A stretch of 64,000 nt of DNA from Rheinheimera sp. (GTDB lineage Bacteria; Pseudomonadota; Gammaproteobacteria; Enterobacterales; Alteromonadaceae): positions 3,725,858-3,789,857 of the forward strand of contig NZ_CBDIQG010000001.1 in the NCBI RefSeq assembly GCF_965283995.1, read 5' to 3'. The position numbers and the translations under genes were made by a program. This document shows positions 1 to 9,200 of the stretch, piece by piece. A model generated the notes under the pieces. It was not told the DNA's origin. It searched no databases and was given only the letters and a program-made list of their open reading frames with translations. The first letter of the stretch is position 1. Every line of letters begins with the position of its first letter.

Positions 1-1853
1 AAAAACCGGGTCATTCGTTTGTGTTGGGTGCAGCAAGTGGCACAGAACTGGCTGGGCAGCTGGACTTGAGGATCTGGCAGAAATCGATTGGCCTCGATGC
101 CAACGAGATACCGAACAGCAGAATACATTTTGTCGATTTGACAAAAAGTGGTGCATCAACCACAACCCAGCACTGGCGATTGACGGAAGATGGCAAACTG
201 CAAAAATTCCGTTGTAAGGCAGAGTCATGCAGTTATACAAAATTGTCTGATCTAGAGCTGATCTACAGTTCTGAATCCCGTGAGTTGTCTTTTGATAACA
301 ATTTGCGTTACCTGACCTCCCCATTGCAGGTCAGTGCAGATGGGCTGTGGATCAAACCAAGACACCGTGTCACTGACTTATATTACGGCAACAATATATT
401 TAATGACTTATGGCAAAACGATGTGCTGGCATATACCCAGATTAAAGCCAGCCATCAGTGTGGCCCGCAAGCCAATTTGCTGAACGAGTTCAGAGCGAAT
501 CTCTGGTATGACGGCGCTAACGCCGCACATTTTCGAACTGACCTTATTCAGCCATATGATTGCAAAGAAAATGCTGTCTATCTGAAGTATCCGCTGGATG
601 GCCGTGACACACAGGGGCTGCTTGGCGAAGTCCGCTTCGATCAACTAAAAGCCGGTTTAGAATCGCCTTACTTTGTCGATTTAGCCACTTTCAACCGCAC
701 GAAACGTGGTGACACTATCAGCCGGATTGATAACAAATTCAGTGTCGAAGTTGCCTCGAAACAAGATCCGGTGAAAGAGTTTAAAGTCCTGCTAAAAACC
801 AAAGATGGCGAATGGAAGCTGGCATATCACGGTTATAACGCTGGCGTGCATCAGTTCCCGTTGCCGCTGCGTGCCGGTGAGCAGTGGCTGGACCTGCGTC
901 TGCAAGTGATCACGCAATCTGGCAATCAGTTGCTGAATACCATGCCTGAAGCGCTGCGTTTGGGTGCCAACGCCGGTGGCGATAACGATGTCGACAGCGA
1001 CGGGATCCTCAATAGCACTGACACGGATAACGACAATGATTCAGTGCCTGATGCCAACGATGCCATGCCATATAATCCATCAGAAACCTTGGATTCTGAT
1101 CAGGATGGCCTTGGCAATAATGCTGACCCGGACGACGACAATGATGGTACACCGGATGTCAGCGATGCCCTGCCGTTAGACCCAAAAGAAACTTTGGACA
1201 CTGACAAAGACGGCCTCGGCAACAACGCTGATCCAGACGATGACAACGACGGTGTTGCTGATACTGCCGACGCCTTCCCGTTAGATCCAAAAGAGACCAC
1301 AGACACCGACAAAGACGGCATCGGCAACAACAGTGACCCGGACGACGACAATGACGGTGTTGCTGATACTGCCGACGCCTTCCCGTTAGATCCAAAAGAG
1401 ACCACAGACACCGACAAAGATGGCATCGGCAACAATGCTGACCCAGATGACGACAACGACGGTACACCGGATGTCAGCGATGCCTTCCCGCTGGATCCAA
1501 AAGAAACGCTGGATACCGACAAAGATGGTATTGGTAACAATGCGGATCCGGACGATGACAATGACATTGTCGCGGATTCGGCTGATGCCTTCCCGTTAGA
1601 TGCAAACGAAACACTGGACACCGACAAAGACGGCATCGGCAACAACGCTGATCCAGATGACGATAATGACGGCGTGGCTGATGGCAGCGATAAATATCCG
1701 CTGGATGCCAGTCGCAGCAGCGACCCGGTGACGCCGAATGCCGGCAGCTCAGGTTCGGGTGGTGGTGCCGGTTTAGGGTTACTGCTGTTTGGCTTACCAC
1801 TGCTGGCCTGGCAACGCCACTATCGGCATAAAAAACAACATAATCCGGGTTAG
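1..1853 (+). CDS. C-terminal 610+ aa of a large secreted protein (5' end lies upstream of the window). Paralog of the two downstream S8 peptidases, with TSP type-3-like Ca-binding repeats and a GlyGly-CTERM tail.
   Basis: The frame is open back to base 3, with no stop upstream of the ORF-track start at 21. It aligns to an internal part of the 1919..5968 product ('LDLRIWQKSIGLDANEIP' vs 'IDLQIWYKTIGLKADEMP'). It has seven 32-aa D-rich units ('DTDKDGIGNNADPDDDNDGVADTADAFPLDPKET'). The C-terminus 'GSGGGAGLGLLLFGLPLLAWQRHYRHKK' is Gly-rich, then a hydrophobic helix, then a basic cluster. Confidence 0.85.
   Translation, partial: KPGHSFVLGAASGTELAGQLDLRIWQKSIGLDANEIPNSRIHFVDLTKSGASTTTQHWRLTEDGKLQKFRCKAESCSYTKLSDLELIYSSESRELSFDNNLRYLTSPLQVSADGLWIKPRHRVTDLYYGNNIFNDLWQNDVLAYTQIKASHQCGPQANLLNEFRANLWYDGANAAHFRTDLIQPYDCKENAVYLKYPLDGRDTQGLLGEVRFDQLKAGLESPYFVDLATFNRTKRGDTISRIDNKFSVEVASKQDPVKEFKVLLKTKDGEWKLAYHGYNAGVHQFPLPLRAGEQWLDLRLQVITQSGNQLLNTMPEALRLGANAGGDNDVDSDGILNSTDTDNDNDSVPDANDAMPYNPSETLDSDQDGLGNNADPDDDNDGTPDVSDALPLDPKETLDTDKDGLGNNADPDDDNDGVADTADAFPLDPKETTDTDKDGIGNNSDPDDDNDGVADTADAFPLDPKETTDTDKDGIGNNADPDDDNDGTPDVSDAFPLDPKETLDTDKDGIGNNADPDDDNDIVADSADAFPLDANETLDTDKDGIGNNADPDDDNDGVADGSDKYPLDASRSSDPVTPNAGSSGSGGGAGLGLLLFGLPLLAWQRHYRHKKQHNPG
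981..1712 (+). repeat. Seven tandem ~96-bp coding repeats (thrombospondin type-3-like, Asp-rich Ca-binding units)
   Basis: Periodic 'D.D.DG..N..DPDDDNDG..D..DAFPLDP.ET' units, counted by the PYNP/PLDP/PLDA anchors: 7 units. Confidence 0.9.
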
Positions 1854-1918
1854 TGACAAGAGCCAGTCGGTAAGTTGATGCTGATTTTATAACAAAATAA
1901 ATTATAGGGAGTTGTTCT

Positions 1919-4900
1919 ATGGCCCGGAAGCCGTTACTTGGGATTTGGGTTGGTGCATTGCTAAGCAATACAGTCTGTGCCGCAGTGCCTGACCTTGCTG
2001 CGATGATTGCCACAGAAGGTATGCCTTCTGGGACCTATCGGCAAGATTTGCCTGACGGTGCGCTTAGATTGGTTGAACCTGAACGATATTTGGTGCAGTT
2101 GGACCTGCCGGCTTTATATCCATTGCTTGAACAGGAATTACGCGCCCAGCAATCTATTCAGCTCGCACCGGAGCAGGTGCTAAACCACGAAAGCTGGCAA
2201 CAGCTCCGTTTCAGTCAAATCAGAGCCGCTCAGGCACGCATTCAGAACGAACAGCAGCTGGCTAAAGTACAAATCCAGAGTCGTTTTCCGAGGGTTCGGG
2301 TAACCGGACAGTTTGGTCAGTTGGAAAATGCATTAACTGTCAGCATTGCAACAGCAAACAGGCAACAAATCGTGGAGCAGCTGGCGCAGCTACCGGGCGT
2401 GAAAGCGGTATATCCGGAACAATTAGTGCGTGCTTATCTGACGCAAAGTGTACCCAAAATTAATGCACCAAAAGTTTGGGAAATGCAACGGGATGGCTTA
2501 CCAATAAAGGGGACTGGTATCCGAGTCGCAGTGTTAGACAGCGGCGTCGATTACACCCATGAAGCCCTGGGGGGGTGCTTTGGCGCAGGTTGCAAAGTAG
2601 CCGGTGGCTACGATTTTGTTGGTAATGATAGCGATCCAATGGATGTTTTCGGTCACGGTACGCATGTTGCGTCAATTATCGCCGGAGAGTCTGCAACTAT
2701 TGGCGGGGTCGCGCAAAAAGCCAGTATTTATGCTTACAAAGTGTTGGGTGATAACGGGTATGGCAGTACTTTTAATATTCTGGCTGCGCTGGAAAAAGCG
2801 CTAGATCCGGATGGCAACCCACTGACCCGTGATGGCGCGCAGATTATCAATATGAGCCTGGGCCATGACGGACGGGATCCACAAGACCCTGTGGTGGTCG
2901 CTGTGAATAACGTTGCCAAGGCGGGGGTTTTAGTGGTGGTCGCAGCCGGGAATTCTGGGCCGAATACTGAAACAATAGGGTCTCCGGGTGTTGCTGCGGG
3001 CGCATTGACTGTGGCCAACACGGAGAAAAATGATCAGGTATCGTACAGTAGCAGCCGGGGACCCGGAGTTGCTGGCGCTTGGTTTAAGCCGGAATTAGCG
3101 GCCCCTGGCAGTGACATCTATGCAGCAATACCCGGGAATAAGTATGCGCATAAAAGCGGTACCAGTATGGCGGCACCGCATGTTGCTGGTGCTGCTGCGT
3201 TATTACTGCAAGCTGAGCCAGAATTAACCGTCGCTCAGTTGAAACAACGCTTGGTGCAAAATACGACTCCATTGTCGGAAAACCTTTGGGATCATGGCAC
3301 CGGACGGTTAAATGTGCTGGAAGCTATGCGCAATTCGCTGACTACGGATCAAGACTTTTTATATTTAGGCCGGGTGAATGCTGCTGATTTTTCTAACCAG
3401 GGAATCCGCCGTGTTACAGTACAGAATACTTCGCCACAATCGGTTGAAGTCTCGCTGAGGGTCAAGGGAGCCCCCGCGTTTCTGACTGCAACTTTGGATA
3501 ATTCAACATTGAACTTGGCTGCTGGCGAAGCGAAAACAATTGAGTTGAATTACCGGGTCGACCCGGAAAAAGTACCGGCAGACCCACCCGCAGCAACGGC
3601 CTATCAAATTAGTCTTGTCATCACAAACCGGAATGAGCATCACTATTTGCCAGTTGTGCTTGAGCATTATTATCCGTTTCAGTTGAAGCTGCCAGATTCG
3701 ATGAACTCGGTTCAAATTTACACACCTGAGTGGCATCAGATCGCCTATCGTTTCAATATTTGGTACGAGTCGGCAGTTAAATTGAGACTAACGACCAAAG
3801 TTATTAACGTATTAGCCAATGCGGTGTCGATTCCGGCTCATTTGCTTCCCGAAGATACACGAAACAAGATCGTCAACAGAGATAACTGGATTATTCGGCC
3901 TGCAGTGGATGTTGTAACCACCCCCGAAATCACTGTTTCTAATAGTGAATTAAAGCACCGATTACGGATGAAAGCGCCGACCCGAGATGGTCAGCCATTC
4001 TGGCCATCCGAAAACTCGGATATGTGGATGCAGATTGAGTTGAAGGACGGCGAGCATTACATCGCTTTTCACAATAGTTACATGCTTTGCGGGAACAGGT
4101 GTAAAGAAAGTTCGCCACCAGAGTTCTATAGTAGCGACCTGGCACCGTCAGTAGCATTAAAGGTGCAACAAAACTTACTGAATGTTCACTCGAATCCCCA
4201 AACACTGATCATCAACAGCTACCGTTTTAATACACCGCTGCAAACTCAGGATATGACACTTGAGTACAAGGAGCAGGATATGGTGCGCCTACGTAAAGCC
4301 GGTAGTAGTATCTACGGGTTTAACATGATGGCTTTTGGCAATTATGTCCGAAGCGACGCGATTGATCTGCAGATATGGTACAAAACGATAGGATTGAAGG
4401 CTGATGAAATGCCGGATACCCGGATTAATTTTGAAAAATCAGGTCCATTTTGGGCAGACTCTTTAAGTACCTATCCTTGGCGCCTCACCGTAGACGGCAA
4501 ACTACAAAAGTTCCGTTGTAAAACAGAGCCCTGCGTGGCGACAAAAATCGCAGATCATGAACTGATCTACAGTTCAGATGTGCGGGAATTGTCTTTTGAT
4601 AATCATTTACGCTATCTGACATCGCCTTTGCAAGCGGATAGTCGTGGCTTTCAGATTAAGCCCCGTTATGCTGCGATTGACCTCTATAGCGGCAATAATG
4701 TTTTTAATGATTTGTGGCAGAACGATGCCCCAACCTTTTCTCAGCTGAGTGTCAGCCAGCTTTGTGATGGGCAGGTGAGCCCGTTGGCGGCTCTAAGCGC
4801 AAACTTAGATCCAAAAACGGAGCCAGCCAATTTTGGTACTAAGTTAATGCAACCTTTTGATTGTAAAGACAGTGGTATATTACTGCATTATCCACTGGAC

Positions 4901-5968
4901 GGTCGCGACAATAAAGGCTTGTTGGGGGAAGTGCGGTTTACACAAGTGAAAGCAGGCCTGGAGTCACCCTATTTTGTAAATCTGGCGACTTTTAATCAGG
5001 GGGGCCGTGGTGACACTATCAGCCGGATTGATAACAAATTCAGTGTTGAAGTTGCCTCGAAACAAGATCCGGTCAAAGAGTTTAAAGTCCTGCTAAAAAC
5101 CAAAGATGGCGACTGGAAGCTGGCTTATCATGGTTATAACGCTGGCGTGCATCAGTTCCCGTTGCCGTTGCGGGCTGGTGAGCACTGGCTGGATCTGCGT
5201 TTACAAGTGATCACGCAGTCTGGCAATCAGTTAGTCAATACCATGCCTGAAGCACTGCGTGTTGGGGCCAGCGCCGGTGGCGATAATGATGTCGACAGTG
5301 ATGGGATCCTCAATGGTTCCGACACGGATAACGACAATGATTCGATACCGGACAGCAGCGATGCCATGCCTTATAACCCAACAGAAACTTTGGATTCTGA
5401 TCAGGATGGCCTCGGCAATAACGCCGATCCTGACGATGACAACGACGGCGTTGCGGATCCAACAGACGCATTCCCGTTGGATCCAAAAGAAACGCTGGAT
5501 ACCGACAAAGACGGCGTTGGCAATAACGCCGACACGGATGATGACAACGACGGTGTGGCAGACACTGCTGATGCCTTCCCGCTGGATCCAAAAGAAACGC
5601 TGGATACCGACAAAGATGGCATCGGCAATAACGCCGACGCGGACGATGACAATGACACTGTGGCGGATACGGCTGATGCCTTCCCGTTAGATGCAAACGA
5701 AACACTGGACACCGACAAAGACGGCATCGGCAACAACGCTGATCCAGATGACGATAATGACGGCGTGGCTGATGGCAGCGATAAATATCCGCTGGATGCC
5801 AGTCGCAGCAGCGACCCGGTGACGCCGAATGCAGGGAGTTCGGGTGGTTCTGGCGGTGCTGGTTTGGGCGTGCTGCTGATAGTGTTACCGCTGCTGGCCT
5901 GGCGCAGAAAGACCTGTTTGAGCAGGCCGCGGCGGGATTTAGCCTTAGATCAGCAGATGCACCTTTAA
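1919..5968 (+). CDS. Secreted S8 (subtilisin-family) serine peptidase, 1349 aa, with a large uncharacterised middle module, TSP3-like repeats and a GlyGly-CTERM tail
   Basis: Signal peptide 'MARKPLLGIWVGALLSNTVCAA'. Subtilase motifs 'VAVLDSGVD' (Asp), 'HGTHVASIIAG' (His), 'AAGNSG' (oxyanion Asn) and 'GTSMAAPHVAGAAALL' (Ser). Five D-rich 32-aa units. Tail 'SGGSGGAGLGVLLIVLPLLAWRRK'. Confidence 0.92.
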   Translation: MARKPLLGIWVGALLSNTVCAAVPDLAAMIATEGMPSGTYRQDLPDGALRLVEPERYLVQLDLPALYPLLEQELRAQQSIQLAPEQVLNHESWQQLRFSQIRAAQARIQNEQQLAKVQIQSRFPRVRVTGQFGQLENALTVSIATANRQQIVEQLAQLPGVKAVYPEQLVRAYLTQSVPKINAPKVWEMQRDGLPIKGTGIRVAVLDSGVDYTHEALGGCFGAGCKVAGGYDFVGNDSDPMDVFGHGTHVASIIAGESATIGGVAQKASIYAYKVLGDNGYGSTFNILAALEKALDPDGNPLTRDGAQIINMSLGHDGRDPQDPVVVAVNNVAKAGVLVVVAAGNSGPNTETIGSPGVAAGALTVANTEKNDQVSYSSSRGPGVAGAWFKPELAAPGSDIYAAIPGNKYAHKSGTSMAAPHVAGAAALLLQAEPELTVAQLKQRLVQNTTPLSENLWDHGTGRLNVLEAMRNSLTTDQDFLYLGRVNAADFSNQGIRRVTVQNTSPQSVEVSLRVKGAPAFLTATLDNSTLNLAAGEAKTIELNYRVDPEKVPADPPAATAYQISLVITNRNEHHYLPVVLEHYYPFQLKLPDSMNSVQIYTPEWHQIAYRFNIWYESAVKLRLTTKVINVLANAVSIPAHLLPEDTRNKIVNRDNWIIRPAVDVVTTPEITVSNSELKHRLRMKAPTRDGQPFWPSENSDMWMQIELKDGEHYIAFHNSYMLCGNRCKESSPPEFYSSDLAPSVALKVQQNLLNVHSNPQTLIINSYRFNTPLQTQDMTLEYKEQDMVRLRKAGSSIYGFNMMAFGNYVRSDAIDLQIWYKTIGLKADEMPDTRINFEKSGPFWADSLSTYPWRLTVDGKLQKFRCKTEPCVATKIADHELIYSSDVRELSFDNHLRYLTSPLQADSRGFQIKPRYAAIDLYSGNNVFNDLWQNDAPTFSQLSVSQLCDGQVSPLAALSANLDPKTEPANFGTKLMQPFDCKDSGILLHYPLDGRDNKGLLGEVRFTQVKAGLESPYFVNLATFNQGGRGDTISRIDNKFSVEVASKQDPVKEFKVLLKTKDGDWKLAYHGYNAGVHQFPLPLRAGEHWLDLRLQVITQSGNQLVNTMPEALRVGASAGGDNDVDSDGILNGSDTDNDNDSIPDSSDAMPYNPTETLDSDQDGLGNNADPDDDNDGVADPTDAFPLDPKETLDTDKDGVGNNADTDDDNDGVADTADAFPLDPKETLDTDKDGIGNNADADDDNDTVADTADAFPLDANETLDTDKDGIGNNADPDDDNDGVADGSDKYPLDASRSSDPVTPNAGSSGGSGGAGLGVLLIVLPLLAWRRKTCLSRPRRDLALDQQMHL
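5282..5800 (+). repeat. Five tandem ~96-bp TSP3-like coding repeats
   Basis: Same unit as at 981..1712, counted from the PYNP/PLDP/PLDA anchors: 5 units. Confidence 0.9.
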
Positions 5969-6223
5969 CTCGCTGCCTATACAGAGTCGGCGAGCAAAAA
6001 GACTATATGAAACGGACGACAGCTGCAGCTCCCTAACGAGCTCAGTTCATGTCCGGTATGGCCAGTATGCAATGTAGCTCAAGTTGATTGAGATGCGTAC
6101 CTTCATTCTGTCTATCATGAAATTCATGCGGTATATTGTTGCACTTTAAAGTTGGAAGTTATTTCTTGTTGAAATTTGTTGCTGTGGTGTCTTTGCCAGA
6201 TGGCAGCTGAAAAGGATGTTGAT

Positions 6224-9200
6224 ATGTACCACTCCCGCCTGGATGTTGTCCTGTTTTTGTTTACCAGCCTGTTTGTTTTCAGTGTAAGTGCAGCGGATCT
6301 GTCCATGGCTGAGCGGCTAAGAGGGCTGGCACCGGGTTTGTATCAATTAGATCAAAGTTCTGCAGCGCTCAGCGTGCACCATGCAGAACAGTATCTTGTT
6401 GAATTAGAGCAGCCTGATATGCTCACGCAGCTTCAGGCGCCTCAATCGCAGGTTGCACCGGCGAGTTTGGCAGCAAAGAGCATACCGCGCACAGCTATCA
6501 GTCAGGGACAGTGGGCGAATGCACAGTTAAAGGTGCGGGACAGCCAGCTCAATGTTGAAATAGCCTTGCTTAGCCGGATTCCTCAGGCGGTGGTGAAAGC
6601 ACGGCTGCAGCAAGTATCAAACCTGTTAGTGATCAAAATGACGGCAGAGCAGGCCAGCCAGGTCGCGCAAATCCCCGGGGTCAAAGCGGTGTGGCCGGAC
6701 GGTGTAGTGCAGGCGAACAACAATCTGGCTGAAGTTCACCACGTCCGCAAAGCTGCAGCTATTGCCACCACCAATTCCAACCGCCCGGCCAATGCCGGGA
6801 GAGGAGTCCGGGTCGCCGTACTGGACTCTGGGGTCGATTACCGCCATCTCGCGTTAGGCGGTTGTCTGGGCAGCAATTGCAAAGTCAGCAGCGGTTATGA
6901 TTTCGTCGATAATGATGCTGATCCGATGGATATTTCCGACAATAACTACGCGCATGGCACTGCAGTTGCCGGCATTATTGCGGCTAAATCAGCAGAATTT
7001 AACGGCTATGCGCCAGAAGCAACTTTGCTGGCGTACCGGGTGTTGAATTCGCTTGGTTATGGCAGTGTCAGCAATTTGCTGGCAGGTATGGAACGGGCCA
7101 TGGATCCGGATGGCGATCCTACGACCAAAGACGGCGCGCATATTATGGTACTTAATAGCCGGACATTCATTGACTCTGATTCACAATTACTAAACCATGC
7201 CGTCGACAATATCGCCAAAGCTGGAGTTCTAGTTGTCGCTGAAGTCGGGGATAGCGGCACTATAAAGGCGCCAGCCGCTGCCCGCGGCGCATTGGCGGTC
7301 GGAGGTGCTTACCAGGGGATAGTCGATTCTGACAGCGCCCGCGGCCCGGGGTCTGATGCAACGGTGCTTAAACCTGAAATGGTCGCTGAAGGCTGGGGAG
7401 TTGAAACCACCAGACTCAATCAGTACATAGGGCCTTATTATGATTATTCTGTTGCTGCAGCACAGGTCGCCGGCAGTGCTGCTGTTCTATTATCGGTCGA
7501 CCCGCAGCAGTCGTTGCAGGCGCTGCGTAGTAAACTGATCAACCATTCGAAAGCTATGCAGCAAACCGTGTTTGAGCATGGTGTCGGTGAGCTGAATCTG
7601 GAGAATGCACTGCAGGCGAAAATTGAATTGGAGCAACATGCGCTGATGTTTGGCCGGATTAATCAACCGGGCTACAGCCTGACCGGACAAAAACAGTTTG
7701 TGGTGAAAAACCCTACCACAGAGCGGCGGCAATTAAATCTGAAATTGACAAACAGCCCGACATTTTTTACCGGTAGCCTGCAGCCTGCGTCGTTTGAACT
7801 TGCACCAGGTGCCAGCCAGACCGTAACACTGCAATATCAGCTCGACTCCAGTAAATTTACCACTGTTTCATCCACAACCGGTGCGGCACATGCAGATATA
7901 CAAATTGAAACTGATGGCATCACAGCCCGATTGCCGGCGGTATTTGAGCTATATAACAGCTTAACCTTAACAACCGACGGCAATGTTCATGAACTGCGGG
8001 TCTTTAATGCCGAGTGGCGGTTACTGACACGACAAATAATTCACAGTACAACAGAACAAATCCGGGTCAACAGTGCTGGGCCCGTGCATTTGCTTGCAGT
8101 CGTGAACAATATCCCGCCGCAGTTAGTTCCGGCAGTGCCGGAAGGCCAACGAGTGCCGCTTCAATTTGGGCTGGTACTGCATACCAATGTGGATGTTGTG
8201 ACCAAACCTGAACTCAGTATCCGCAATACAGATTTAATTTATCGTCTGATGCTGGATACGCCGACGCTGAATAACCAGTCGATTAGTGCGGGTCGTTTTA
8301 AAACATCAGGCCAGGCTGAATTGCGGATCGGTGCAGCCAATTTGTTTGCAGTAGGCATATATAACAGCTGTGACATCGACTGCGCTTTTGTTGCGCCGCA
8401 GCCAATGTATACCAATGCGCTGCCGGATAATGCTGTTGTACAAATTTCCCGCAATTATTTATCGCAGGACTTGTCGGGTGATGTACAGGGTTTAGTGCTG
8501 GATAGTCAGTTTTCACCTGTGACGGCAACAGAAACGCGGCGCATCAATCTGACTGAACAATCCCGGCTTGATGTCAGATACAAGGCCAGTACGTTTCAAC
8601 CGATTCGACTGGCGTTGGATTGGGACATGGTTGGGCCTTTGACGGAATCTGGTTACTTGCGACTTTATCATCACGCGACAGCTGGCATTGCTGATAAGAC
8701 TGCGCTGCACCGGGTCCGCTTATTGGCCGATAAATATGGGGCGTTAAGCTTTGACTCAGGGTACTGGCAACGCACGGCGGCCGGCCTACTGGAGCGATAC
8801 CGTTGTCCGGAACAGGGCATTTGCCGGACCAGTGGTCTACTCAATAACCTGATTAAATTCAGCAGTTCAGCGGAAATGGACTTGTCGTTTGACAGCAGCT
8901 TGCGTTACTGGAGTACTGCCCTGATCCGTACGCCCGAGTTTATTGGTTATAAATCCGAAGACGCCATGTTTATGGATAGGCGGCAAAATCTGATCGCTCC
9001 TGAATATTTTGGTTATCCGGTTACGCTGACTTGCCCGGATCAGTTTAGGAAGGTCCAGACCAGCATTCAAAGCAGGTTATCGCCGGCAGAGGGTATGCCG
9101 GACACACGATGGTATAGTCACATCGAGAAACAGTGCAGCAAAGTCCAAATCGATCTGGGGTATGGGCTGATCAATCCGACGCTGAACGGCACAGTGGCAG

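Noticed and set aside
1100-1645. Antisense ORFs of 100-180 aa running through the TSP3-like repeats (1100..1645, 1159..1467, 1474..2013, and likewise 5310..5736 and 9415..9915)
   Set aside because: Their translations are low-complexity (S/L/P or R/C/H-rich) mirrors of the periodic Asp-rich coding repeats. They fully overlap strongly supported sense genes and have no start-site signals.
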